From Bigelowiella natans CCMP2755 (taxonomy: Eukaryota > Protista > Cercozoa), in the NCBI GenBank assembly GCA_000320545.1, contig ADNK01001867.1, positions 1 to 35,446 on the forward strand: DNA of 35,446 nt, given 5' to 3'. The notes beneath the pieces are model-generated. The model did not search any database. It worked only from the letters and a program-made list of their open reading frames with translations, and was not told the origin of the DNA. Both the position numbers and the translations under genes were made by a program. Positions 1-12,510 of this stretch are shown piece by piece (position 1 is the first letter of the stretch; each line of letters starts with the position of its first letter).

Positions 1-321
1 GGTTAGAAAGCCAGCACACCATTTTTTACGTGTTCTTAAACAAGAGAGCGGGGAGACGAAAGCAACGTCATAGCCATGCAGCTAAGGAATACTTTGGAAG
101 TTTTATTGAATTGGTGTTTCATCATCATCATCATCATCATCATCATCGTCACGATCGATTTCAAACATCTTCTTGTCCACAAGACTAACCCTGCTGATCG
201 CTGTTTTGGCCCTTTCCGTGTCCTTTCGCAAGGGGGGCAGTAAAGCCGACGCGCTGCTGGCGAGGCTCCACGCCTGAGATACTTTCCGCCTTTTCCTGAT
301 AATAGTAAGTCATGAATGACT

Positions 322-352
<31 letters not shown>

Positions 353-1177
353 GATTCAAACCGATCTTCCTGTTCTGCTGTGGAGTTTTTGACGAATAAA
401 TCCCCTTTTAGCTCTTCATCGCTCGTAACGTTGTTGCGGTTGCTTTCCTGATTATTTGCTGTGGATGATGACTGCGTGGAGGACCCCTTCGCCATATTGT
501 TATTGCGATTGTTATCAGGGGATCTGGGTAAGATTATCCGCGACAACCCAAAATCCGCCACTTTGGCAACCTGATTAGGGAGAAAGGGGGGGGAGGGGAG
601 AGAGGAGGAAATGAAAGAAAAACAATAAATACCCGGGAAAGAAAGCAAGAAAACAAAGGGAGAGACGATAACTACGAGCATCACACACACACACACACAC
701 GGCAATATATGAGGCAGAGCAGCTGGCAGATTCCCAGACGCAACACCTTCTTTCTGGTGAGTGCGTGTGATTGCTGCCATGACGATAATAGCAGCATTGT
801 ATATACTGCCCAAATTGTATTTCTAAATAAAAAACGAAGCTGCTCATTATCATCAGCACTACCAAGCTTCCCGTCTCGGGAGCGAACTGCACCAGGACAT
901 TCTGCGACTTCAAATCCCTGAAGAGCGGATGGTTGGGGGGGAGAGAAAGAGAAGTAGTCTTTATTTGCTGGTGGTGTGGATCTTTTGCATGTGCAGCACC
1001 GTCAGAGATGGATAATGGTGGCGTTGTTGGTTGTTGGTGAGACATTGGCGGCAATCACGATGATAAAAGCCAGATTCGTCTTTTATCACAACTGCAGTAA
1101 CTACCACGACCACCACTCGATGATGAAGATGAAGAAGAAGAAGAAGATGATGATGATGATGGGAGCTGCTGCTGCTG

Positions 1178-1208
<31 letters not shown>

Positions 1209-1973
1209 CGCTACTACCTATGCACGATTTTCTGTTGGTGTAGGAACGCCATTCCCTCCGCCACATCCAGGGCTAGCTGTACACGTGTTGCGATTGGGAG
1301 ACTCATTGGAGAGTCAAGTACGTCTCGCAGCGACCCTGGCAAGAGTATGAGCATCAGTGTCGGTGGTTGTAGTCGTCTGTATTACTACTACTACTAGCTA
1401 GTGGTAGTAGTATTGACACAAAACCGATTGGCGAACCGTAAACCCTATCCCTCATACGTCCTCCATCTCGTTTCTCTTTCTTCTTCTTCTTCTTCTTCTT
1501 CTTCTTCTTCCTTGGTCATCCGCCACCACCGCTACCACCTTTCCGACAGAATTCAAAGACGAGGAAGAGCTCTGGAGGCCGCAAGCACACACCAAAGAAT
1601 CGAACGATCTGATGGTGGTGGTGGTGGTGGTGGTTATGGGGGCCATTCACTGCAGCAATAAGATAGATCTTCGCTTGGATCGATCCTTATCATCTTTCCA
1701 TACTCAGACGATGATGATGATGATGAGGATGATAACGGAGAGAAAAGGAGAACCTACTCTTGAAATCCTTCTTTACACTCCCACTCTTACTACTGCCGAG
1801 TCAACACCACCACCACCACCACCACAATACTACATCAACTGCTATTATCCGTTCGCATACATTGCGATGTGACAGGCGAAAGCTGAGGATAGCCTCCTGG
1901 CAATAGCTCCGGACCTTTATGGGGGAGCAATACCGAAACAATGGAAAACAGAAACACATCAAAGGAACATCCC

Positions 1974-2016
<43 letters not shown>

Positions 2017-2206
2017 ACCCCCCCTCCCTCCTTTCTCGCCCTCTCTTTGTAAGTGCATTCACTGGTGCTCCCCCTCCCCTTGTGATTCTCCTCCTCCCTC
2101 TTCTTCCTCCCAACTTCTAGCAAGCACTATGTTTATATACTTACAACATCTGCCGTAAGTTCCTGGAAATCGAGCGACTTTAGAGCTAATTCCTGAATTT
2201 TCAGAA

Positions 2207-2241
<35 letters not shown>

Positions 2242-2665
2242 AGTTTGTGTGTGTGTGTGTGAGTGTATGTTTATGGGAAGCTCATAATCCTGTTTTTCGC
2301 TGTTTCTCAAATCAACTTCACCCCCTTCCCTCCCCCCGCTCCTGTATTGTACAACAACCTCATTTCCGTAGCTAGCCTTGAACACAGAGGCCGTGGCACC
2401 GCTTCCTAGTCTGCATCGAGGAGAGACATCAAAGCATGTTCTCTCGTGCTACATGTTTCTCGCTGGTCATCCCTTTTCTGTTTTTTGTTCTTCACTTTCA
2501 TCATCATCATTATCATCATCATCATTCTTCTTCTTCTTCGTATTCTTACGGGTCGAGAATCTCCAACTTAGCGAAGTCTAGGACTTGGATGGGAATAAGG
2601 GTAGTAGCAATAAGAGTGACAACACCAACAAACAAGTAGATGGATATGGTGGCACTAAGCTTCTT

Positions 2666-2707
<42 letters not shown>

Positions 2708-2734
2708 ACACCAGCAAACAACTTACATATTGTG

Positions 2735-2789
<55 letters not shown>

Positions 2790-3423
2790 TTAGCATACGA
2801 CTGACAAAACTGAAATGCCCTCAACGCAAAACCGTTGGGGGAGAGGGGTTCTACTTCACACGAAATGGATGATCATTACGTCTAATCTCCATTGCCAGGA
2901 ACTCTTGCAGTTGTGCAAAGCTACGGCGTGATACACGATTGATTGCTCCTACAACAGCAGGGAGGAGGAGGAGAAGAAGGAGAAGGAGAAGGGAAGGAGA
3001 GTGAGGAGGACAAAAAATTAGGAAGAGCAGAAGACGCATGTCAATCGAAACGTGCTCAACGGTATATCCGTGTTATTATTATTATAAAAAATAATTACTA
3101 CTACTACTACTACTACTATTTCAACTACAACTACAGACCTTCAAAAACGCTAGCATCACTCCTAGTTCCAGCCGCACCCACCACCTTTGCGGCCACCACC
3201 ACCAGCAGCAGCAGCACTCAATCAGTCGATCAATCAACCAATCAATCAAACCAACGAACAACGCATATATGTTACACTGCTAGCTATACTACAGAACATT
3301 ATAACAGCAGAGGCTATCGATAAACGGGCAATGGCAGACCGTCGCTAAGCTCCTCCAATAGCGAGAGTCGTCTCGAAGAGCGATGAGAATTGCAATGGGT
3401 TGAGCCAAGATTACCTACCAACA

Positions 3424-3463
<40 letters not shown>

Positions 3464-4950
3464 GCAGAAGAAGAGGAAACAAGAGACAGGTAGCCCTGGA
3501 CAACAATAATCCATCTAGTAGTAGTAGTAGTAGTAGTAGTGGTAGTAGTGGTAGGTTTACGAGGAGATCTCCAGCAGTCCAAAAGCAGAGCTCATCGTGA
3601 AAGCTGCTGTGCTGATCTCCCAGCTTGGACGCGCTTCCCACCACGTACAAAAGGTTCACAACGAGCTGTGGATTAGGAGAGGAGAGAGAAGACGAACCAA
3701 TCATTATGGCATTGTGTTGTTATTGCTGTGCTTTCTTGCTGCACACCTGTAGCCCGACGTAGAGGTACAACGTTCTCCACCGTCTCCTCCGCGTAAAAAG
3801 CCTGCACATTAAATCGATCCTCCATGTGTAAGAAAATTGTGTGCCCATAGATGACCGTACGTGTTTGATGCGTGTGTGAGGGGAAGGGTGGGGGCGCTCA
3901 TAACTATATCGCCCACTTCGCCTGGATGATCCCACTTTGTGTTAAGATCTCATGATGATCATCATTTATGTTGTCATTTTGTTTATTCATGAAGATCCTC
4001 CTCTTCCTCCTCCTCCTCCTACTGATGCTGCTGCTGCTTGCTCGCTGACTCACATGTAGGTGAGAATGCCGAGGTAAACGGACGTTGCCAGGGTGTCGTG
4101 GAGGAGGAAGAGGAGACTTGACGACTCCTAACAACCAAAGCAGTGCCAACAATGTGAGTACATAATGCGTATTCGCAACGTCATAGGTACTGCTGTCGCC
4201 TTCGACGGTATCTCAACTCTCATCACCTTGAGTTTCCACACCAATATTCCAGACATTAGCCCCGCAATTGTGAGCATAAGCCCCGCCCCTATCGCTGCCC
4301 TACGAAAAGCAGCCTGACCACTCGACCGTTGGACCAGCACGAATGCCACGACGGAACCCAAAAACTAAGAATAATGCACGACGAGCACCGGTATATTTGC
4401 AAATGAGATCGTTGCGACAGTACACTCTCTCTTCGGGTGGTAGACAGAGTTCACAGCAGTAAAACACAAATCTATCGCTGAGGGGGGGAGCAACCTCACG
4501 CGATCCTTGCAAACCAAAGCCCCAGATCAGCCAGAACCACCATTTATTCGAATCAAATGTCACGGTGTCGCTAAAATTTCCAACCTATAAAGCGAAAACA
4601 GGCAGAGATCTGTATAATAGGGCTCCTCCTCAAAGGACCACAACATAATGAATTAATGCTCATCTCTCCTTACGAGATCAAGCGACGCACGAATCCCCGC
4701 CGATAAGACGCAGAGCCAGAGGATGTAATCGTAGACAGGAAGAATAACGTCCGGTGAGAAAATGCAATTGCGCAAACGCATGCATCGTCGATTTCCAAGA
4801 GCTTTCACCATCTGGTGGGAGTGCCAACGCTCGAATTTGACGAAACACACAATGAAGATAGGCAGCATCAGAGAGATTAGAAGTAAACCCAGCCTCATTT
4901 CATTGGACCCAGCATAGTAGATAGATTGACAAGCATCGTTGTTGCCGTCT
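1..4950 (-). CDS. Multi-exon multi-pass membrane protein fused to a TKL-type protein kinase (GPCR-TKL-like); subdomains VIII-XI run off the left edge, start codon uncertain
   Basis: GT-AG spliced exons give LGSGATASVFKASYGNE (Gly loop, ~2360-2410), ELALKSLDFQELTADV (~2143-2190), VRSYCQEAILSFRLSHRN (~1861-1914), IVRFFGVCLRPPELFLVFEFCRKG (~1540-1608), SLRDVLD...LALDVAEGMAFLHQQKIVHR (~1218-1335), DLKSQNVLV (~863-918) and VAKVADFGLSR (~540-570). Upstream exons (3500-4900) encode several hydrophobic helices (LGLLLISLMLPIFIVCFV, YILWLCVLSAG, WWFWLIWGFGL, AIGAGLMLTIAGLMSGILVW). Confidence 0.9.
120..3550. repeat. Dense microsatellite cluster in kinase introns and exon edges: (CAT)n, (CA)n, (TC)n, (AT)n, (CTA)n, (TCT)n, (GGT)n
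   Basis: Examples: (CAT)n 120-147, (TC)n ~1977-2011, (AT)n ~2209-2236, (CA)n ~2668-2710, (TC)n ~2739-2774, (AT)n ~3427-3461. Confidence 0.95.
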
Positions 4951-5125
4951 GTTTAATTCAAATTACACGAATTATTCGTTCATACTTCTGAGAGCGAAGA
5001 TATGTATTTGATCAAGTCGTATCATCATAATCTATGCAGCTGTTGCTCTATCTTATCTTCCAAAAATCTGAGGACCACCAGGTTTTACCTCCCTTGAATT
5101 TGTTTGAACTTTTGCCGGGCAATCC

Positions 5126-7171
5126 ATGGAGCCCATGCCGGTGGAGGAGGCCGTCATTGGTGAGAAGGGAAAGGATCGCACCGGTAGACATTTTAAGTAG
5201 GGCACCCGACTTCTGGCTCAAAAAACAGCTCTTTTTTGTCGAGCGACAAACACTAAATCGGATTTTTTTGAGATGAAATCAGCCAAACATTTGGGTTGGA
5301 AATCGCCTAGAATGCTGCCAGCAGAGTAGTTCCGCAGAAACTTTTGCTGAGAATCGCCACCCATTTCACAGTCGACGTCAGGTCCTGGCCACCCAGCATC
5401 CAGAAATCACGTTTTGCGTAGTTCACATGACGATTTCTTAAGAGAATTGATGATTCTGGGTTGTCGTCTCCGAAGATTGGTCGACGTATTAGACCTCCTC
5501 GTTCTATTTTGAAACCACCCCCCCGATATGTATGAAAGGAACTGATCAACAAACCGAGGGCACTCACTCGAATCAACCATCTCCGTCATCTGTCACTACA
5601 TTTGCGTGTAACATGCACATGCACACGTACTCCGAAAGAGGCTTCACGCATGAACATTCCGATGGAAAGCCCTGAGGAAGGGGGATCGAATTTTGTCTGC
5701 CGGCTTAATACAAGCCACCCGCAGTTGAATAGTCGGAGCTCAAGTAATCAATTTACATGTCGAATCCTCACAGCCCGACCATCGAAGAAGGAATTACCGT
5801 CACCAGCAACACCGAAGAGGAGTTCCTCCAGAGAACCCACCGCACCTGATCAATACCATCAAGAAACTCCTGGGAATGTCAAAATGGTGTCAAGTAATTC
5901 CGAGCCACAATTTACCTGTCGAATCCTCACAGCCCGACCATCGAAGAAGGAATTACCGTCACCAGCAACACCGAAGAGGAGTTCCTCCAGAGAACCCATC
6001 GCACCTGATCGATTCCAAAAAGAAGTTTCAGCGAGCGTCACCTTTTCTCGTAGCAAGTCGAAACTTCGAAATAGAGCGACCTTTGCTCGGCGTCCTCACA
6101 GTATAAAATCTACCACTCCAAAGTGTACTATCCCACTGTCTGCCTCGGACAGCCACGTGACGTCGTTCCCGGAGCAATTACCTGGCACACAGCCTGGCAT
6201 GTCCAGAAGCTTGGTCAAAGAGCGTTTATGTGAATCAAAGAATCGTTCACTGGATGATATGCGTAGTTTACGTCAAATAAAGACTCCTGGAAAATCATTC
6301 TCCTCGATAGAAGCAAATACACTAAGAGGACAACCAACCCAGTGCGTTGGCTCCATGGGGATGCCTGGCATCAGTTTCACACAAAAGTCACAATATTCAT
6401 CAATGTCATCATCACAGAGCTCTAACTCCTCAGTCTCACCTAAACTCACGCCGCGATCATATTCGGATATACCACGGAAAAGCAGCAAAAGAGTCCAAAA
6501 CGAAAAATTGCGAAAGCTGAAATCTAGAACCACCATGTTGAGGAGCTTAGGCGTTCAGGATGGGAGTAGATGCCGAATTAGGTTCGAGCAATAATTCGCA
6601 AACTTACTCTGTCTTAATCTATCACATTGTGCTCTCTGATGCCATTTCTGCATTCCAGGTCGGGAGGCCGTCTCTTGCTGAAGTCATTGCCTGAATCTGA
6701 ACTTTCTCTCAAAAGAAGGTTTTGACTTACATCGCGCACAAAAAGTTTCAATAAAGCTGGGATTCTAAATCGTGACCATGATGTTTCCATCAGAGGGGCA
6801 ACCTACAAGAAATCTCCCTTCTCACATACAGACGGCCATAAGATGAGGTGCGGTCCCTAACCTTCATCATCTCTTCGACCTTTGTGGTGCTCTATTCATC
6901 AAGTTCACTCCCTTTGATAGATGCGCTGCCAAAGCACTGGCCAGGGAACCAGCATCGGGTATTGACGATGAGTGCAAAAGGGGTTCGTCGACACCATTAC
7001 ATCAGGAGATAAAGCAGCTTCGCGCTCTAGGTATAACTTCTAGACGTTAAAGAGCATCTTCCTTCCTGCCTGCTTTCCTGGGTCTTAGTAGAGCAGGATC
7101 GACGTCTTGTGGCCTCTTCATGGTACAGTCAGAGCATTATACTCTGCAGTTTCGTTCGAATTTCAGGATAG
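5126..7171 (+). CDS. Uncharacterised Ser/Arg/Pro-rich, probably disordered multi-exon protein
   Basis: 330-aa ORF 5602-6594 plus downstream GT-AG bounded exons that stay in frame (SGGRLLLKSLPESELSLKRR, GATYKKSPFSHTDGHKM, CAAKALAREPASG...QEIKQLRAL). No domain recognised; both ends approximate. Confidence 0.55.
5749..6010 (+). repeat. In-frame direct duplication of ~100 bp with a 159-bp period
   Basis: caatttac...gaatcctcacagcccgaccatcgaagaaggaattaccgtcaccagcaacaccgaagaggagttcctccagagaaccca at 5749 and 5908; the peptide QFTCRILTARPSKKELPSPATPKRSSSREP occurs twice. Confidence 0.95.
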
Positions 7172-7309
7172 TGCCTTGTGCTTGCCTTCGTCGATCACAC
7201 ATGGTGCAAGCATACTACTACTTTGTAACTTTCTGACATGTTATCCGATATGACAATATAACTATCTAATAAATTCTAATAAATTACATTCTATCGATAT
7301 TCATCCTAA

Positions 7310-7700
7310 TGTAGCTGTGCAAAGCAGTGGCTACAGTGCCTATGTAGTATTTGTTTGTTTCTGCTATTATATGGCGCATGAATGCAAAAGCATCCATCTA
7401 GCCGTGCCAATAAGTCGTTGTGTCGCGCAGTGCGCGCAGCAGTGCGTGCTTCCGTTTCGGTTGTCGTCATTCGTTGGCTTCGCTATGTGGCACCAGTCAA
7501 TCACATGTATGCTCTGTAGGTGTACGATCATTATTAATCTTATTCACGCGTATCGCATAGACGCAGCGCATCTTTGCGCGCAAGCAGACACTTCGCGGCC
7601 GCCATCGCCTGTCTATGAGCTCTCAGCGCTCAGCGCCGGCGCACGCATCAACTGCTAGCACATTCTACGCTCCGTCTAGCATGCTTAGAATTAAAAAACG
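7310..7700. other. Pyrimidine-purine/short-palindrome-rich spacer between convergent genes
   Basis: Dense GCGC, TGCA, AGCT, CATG and CTAG; no spliceable ORF; lies between a + gene 3' end and the oxidoreductase stop at 7971. Confidence 0.6.
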
Positions 7701-7970
7701 CTCTAGGCATTGCTTTACCCAAACACACGAAGCTAGACGACTTGAAATATTAATAAGTATCGTATCTGGGCGTAGCCGCTCATTTGATTTTTAATTTATG
7801 TAACTCGATGCGAACTGCAATTACTTCTCGGATTGTACGCATCGAAACTTTTTCAAAAATCAATGTCACAAGTTACCAATCGACTGCTAATTACCTGCAA
7901 TAGTAAATGTAGTACATGAATGTCGTTGGACGTATAGCCTTACTTCTTGCGAAGCTTACTATCCCATTTT

Positions 7971-9741
7971 TCAGTCTACTTGAATCTGAACCCTCTCGCC
8001 GCCCTTTCGAAAGCTTTTAAAGCAAGCGTCAAGCACAATCTTCGCCGCGTTTCGTTCGTGCACACCAGAAGAATCCGGGCCCGAATATATGAGAACACAA
8101 GGTAAGTTAAGCCATGAATAATTCGAAAAATGTTTGAATACCAAAGAAATTCGATCGGGTGTGTCAAGAATCGATGTTACTGAACAAATTCTTGTATTTG
8201 CAGCAGGAAGAAACCAACGGGAAACGTATACGCGAACCCAGATGTTTCAAGAATTATCATGTTCATTTTTTGTCGCTGTTGCCAGTCACACCTGTGTCTT
8301 CAGTGCAATTGATGGCCAAAATTTATCCGGCTGATACAGGAAATACGTCTCAGTAACAACATTAACGACCCATCATAGTATGGTAACAGCAACTTATCTT
8401 CTTCAAAATAACACATAGCACTATAGTCCTCAGCCAGATTCGATGGCCCCGGCAAACCGCTATACAAAATTTGTCCACGGAAAGGAGGCCTAACCTTATG
8501 CATTGCCGCTGCGAAGTGCCGAATGCAGTTTGCCTCTTGCACGTTCTGTTTTTTAAGACATCAGAGGGTGGCCATTACGATGGTGGTCATGGTTTGAGAA
8601 GAAGATGATGACATGACGAAGATGTTGGCGATGAAGATGTGGATGACGATGGTGGTTGGATTCACCTTCTCCACGCTCACTACAGATTCCTTATCTTCAA
8701 CGTCGAACTTCTTCGTATCAAAATCCTGTCGTTGGTATATTCAGTGTCATTCGCTGTTATCCCACCCAGTTGTTCACGAATATGTGCATAATAACCAGAT
8801 ACTCGCTATCACCCCACAGTTTTCCTTGTCAGCTACTATTTTCGATAGCACGTGTTGCACGTACCCCCCAGGATCCTTGGATTATCGAGAATGTGTCCTC
8901 AGCCTTTGCAATGACGAAGTTCGGAATATGAACTTCCCCCTACGAACAAAGAAGCATCGATAAAAAATAAAGGAGTATCAGTCTACTGTGGTTTCATGAA
9001 AACGCCTGGCGATGACGGTGATGATGGCGATGACGATGAAGAAAATGTTAGGATCTGAACGTATCATCACCTTGGTGCCAACGAGCCGCGCCCATTGCCG
9101 CATGCAAGAGTTGTTGAATTCCGCATCGAATCGGCCAATTCTTCCTGAAGAGAAGAGGTAGGTAGTATCCGCAAAAAACATCGGAGAACATCCACAGAGG
9201 AAAGAGAGGAGCATGAGAACGACAAGAGGAAAATACGTTCGAAAGGGACCCTCAGGAGGAAAGAGGAAAAGAGTTCAGATGAGCTCACTTTTGGTGTAAA
9301 CAAATATTCTCTGTTCCCCCCCTCCCTTTTCCCTTCTCCTTCTTCAAAGCAGGTAGCGACGACCATCTTCATAGAAAAGGGTGACTTGGACATTTTCGAT
9401 AACGCTCGATTGCCATCCCTCCTCTATGCTGTTCGACTCCGCTCTAACTTCTTTGGGCAGCTTCCACCCAAATCCCCACTTAACACAACCATATTTAGGA
9501 AAAAACAACAACAACAACAACAACAGCGACAACGACGGCCAACTCAGCATTAAGTTAATATATCAACAACAAAGCACAAGCAAAGCGTAGACTCATGATG
9601 CAGAAAGAGGATGAGAGGCAGATTGGATGACGGTTGAAATGATGAGCTACCAGGGTAATACGAATGTTATACCAGCCAAGATCCCCCTGGATGCGCATGA
9701 ATACATTAAAATGGGTAGAGCGTGTATATTCATATATGTGG

Positions 9742-9779
<38 letters not shown>

Positions 9780-11043
9780 CACGCAATACTAATTGATGAA
9801 AGATCAACAAATCATTCACCTGAGAAACTTCTGTGTGTATGTGTGCGTGTGTGTGTGTGTGTGTGAAATCTGATGTCATAATAAGTACGATAGTTGTACC
9901 AACGCGCCGTAGGGCTCAAGCTTCGGATTGTAGCGAATGTTCGTTTTGTCCATTGGTCCCGTCGCAAAGGAAGAGGTCACCGCTCTAATCTCCCCCACCT
10001 ATCTCCCATACGTTCCACCAGTACATTCGAGCAGCCCGCAAAATAAGGAAAAAAAGATGGGTATTCGCATGTGGCAGAGATATTGCCAGAGGGCAAGTTA
10101 TTTGCTCGAAGGCGACCTGCTTCGTAACTTGGCCGGATTCGTCTTTCTGGTCTGTTAACATCGGAGTGACTACAACCAAGCGGTGAAACTATGAGTGATG
10201 TCTGGAATGACAGCAATAAGGATCTAGGGGCGGGATCAACCATTGTTGAGGATCTTCTGCAGCCGAGGGTTATGCATCATCATGACTCCATCCATGAATT
10301 GGACTCCATTGTTTTGGGCTGCTTCTATCATCAGCTTGACGTCCTTCACCCCATTCATCGGCTTTTCCACCTAGTTGTCGACAACGAGAAGACAGGGTCA
10401 GTGCTTAGGTCTCACTGAAGCGCACCGAAGACAGCCGTTTACCAAGACGTGCTTCTTCTTCTTTATGGCTTTCAGAACCCATTCGGTCCTACAAAGAACG
10501 GATTGCGTGTTAGCATACGCCAGCAACAATGAACGCAGGTCTTCTCACCTGAGAGCGGTTGGAAGAGAAAAATAGACTGCATTCAAACCTGGGTGATCCA
10601 TCATTTTGTCGTAGTCATCCTATCACAAAGTACAAAAATCACTCAACGGGCAGCTCCGAATGCATTTTGCTGCACGGCTTGCAAAGTACGTATGGCGTGG
10701 GCTTCTTGGAGCAAAGATTGCAGTACTTCTTTGCATTTTCCATTTTACCGCGACTTGCAACGGCCGCCACCTGTTCCAAAAAGAGCTAGCCTCCTCATCG
10801 TTTCTCGACAGGAGATCTAGGTGTGTGATACTACTACTCTGACCTCGTGGCCAGCCGTCTCGATGGCATGGATCCACTTTTTCGCTAAGGGGGGAGAGAA
10901 AGAACGGGTTAGCTTTCGACCAGTACACCTAAAGGCGAATTGCATTCGAGGAAAAATAGACCGATGTATCCGAGGCCGACGATCCCGAAGCGGATCACAG
11001 CCGGAAGCTTTGCGTCGCCGACCTGGTGCGCTGGGGCGGCCAT
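7971..11043 (-). CDS. Gfo/Idh/MocA-family NAD(P)-dependent oxidoreductase, about 16 exons
   Basis: Spliced peptides in order: MAAPAHQVGDAKLPAVIRFGIVGLGYIA (Rossmann GxGxI), VAAVASRG, NAVYFSLPTALR, KKKHVL|VEKP, VQFMDGVMMMHNPR, NIRYNPKLEPYGAL|GDLGWYNIR, WKLPKEV...LFYEDG, LVGTK|GEVHIPNFV, VQEANCIRHF, DKFWPSIALKTQ|IVLDACFKS...VQIQVD*. ATG at 11043, TGA at 7971-7973. Confidence 0.92.
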
Positions 11044-11185
11044 TTTGGGTGTTTAATTTGTTGTCGCAGATAAAAAATCCCCTATGTCTTCCCAGCACAA
11101 AGCAGCCCATTTGTTCTGAATGAAGGAGAGCGAGGACAATTCTTGTGCAACAACAACAGCAGCAGCGGCAGCAGCAGAACTAGCA

Positions 11186-11394
11186 ATGGCCTCCCTCCTT
11201 TTCGTCCCTGCTTTTAAGGTTTGTGTAGCCGTCGATGCAGCCCGTTTCGCGTCAAAGCGGACGTTAAAATAGGGGTCAATTAGAATGATAACAAAACTTT
11301 AACAAAACGAGGTTTGAAGACTGAAGACATAAAGACTCCTGGCATTGATGCATTGATACGTTCACGCTTCTGATCCCAATTCCTCACCTTTCCT

Positions 11395-11456
<62 letters not shown>

Positions 11457-12442
11457 TGCACTTCAGAAGATGATCTAAAACGTGACCATTTTGACATATC
11501 TCACTCATCTCTCATCTCAAGCCAAATCAAGAACTTGTCATGAACCTCAAAATGAGGCGTCGACTTAAGGAAATAGATGCAACAGATAAAGAGGTACTAT
11601 TCTTCGCAAACTTTAGATCATGAGCATCCCTCTTTTCTCTATTATGAATGTATTAGCTCGTGTTCCTCAGATTCTGGATGCACTAAGACAATGTAATAAC
11701 GTTGGGCGGAAGGCAATTGCACTGTTGAAAACCGGAAAGGTAATTCTAATTCAATGATGTAAGAACATACTACTATGTGTTCAAATGATGATGCTGAACT
11801 TACAAATGCGACTAATTTTCATTCTTCATTGTTGCAGGTTCCAACGCATCGTAAAGGAGAATCAATGACAGGACTCGCAAGTAAAATAAAACCCAAGATT
11901 TTTCTGTTTTCGTGAAAGCGACCTACTTCATGTGCGTCTCACTCACATGTAATTACTCTCATGTTTCCGTTTTCCCTTTATCGCATCCATACGACAGACA
12001 CAATGGCAGCAAACATTTGTCACAGCACTCCGAGAAATTCTCTCGATGCAGGCGATGCACGGTCCTCGACAACTCTAGGTGGACATGTAGCAGAAGATGT
12101 GAAATCGACTGAATCATCGGCCGAAGCAAAAATAAATGATGAAATTATGTCAGAAGGCAAGATTTGATCACATTGATTGGTCTAGTGGCGTTGATCTTAG
12201 GTGTGACGTCATTTCATCAAATGAACAAACGACACAGCGGCAACGCTGTAGCTTGAAATGCATGAACTAGAACATGAATTGAAAATTTCACGCTCAAATA
12301 GGCGTGCTAGCGTGTGCAAGAATACATTACCACTCATTGCTTGCTATGGAGAGAAGTTCGCCGGCAGATGGTACTCCGACGGCTGAGAATCATGAGAAGA
12401 GATTGCCACCGATGTGAGATTCGAAATCTCCTGGACTCTTAG
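11186..12442 (+). CDS. Small multi-exon protein with a UBA-like helical segment
   Basis: GT-AG exons: MASLLFVPAFK|PNQELVMNLKMRRRLKEIDATDKE|ILDALRQCNNVGRKAIALLKTGK; the AL..CNN....A..LL pattern resembles UBA domains. 3' exons are ambiguous. Confidence 0.45.
11398..11456. repeat. (CA)n microsatellite
   Basis: Directly visible run of more than 25 CA units. Confidence 0.95.
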
Positions 12443-12510
12443 TAGCTATTACGAATGTTGATCACACCTGCAGCAGTGCGTAGTACGCTCGCCATTCGTC
12501 GCGGCCTAAT

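Noticed and set aside
36-3323. Many short ORFs with poly-I/M/H/S/T or CVCV/ERER tracts
   Set aside because: They are translations of intronic microsatellites or antisense frames, not independent genes.
5749-6010. Direct repeat as a CRISPR array or LTR pair
   Set aside because: Only two copies, in frame within an exon, with no TG...CA ends or unique spacers of constant length.
8000-9590. Apparent + strand gene from ORFs 8134-8356, 8613-8963 and 9381-9590
   Set aside because: These are antisense to well-supported minus-strand oxidoreductase exons that continue to the stop at 7971.
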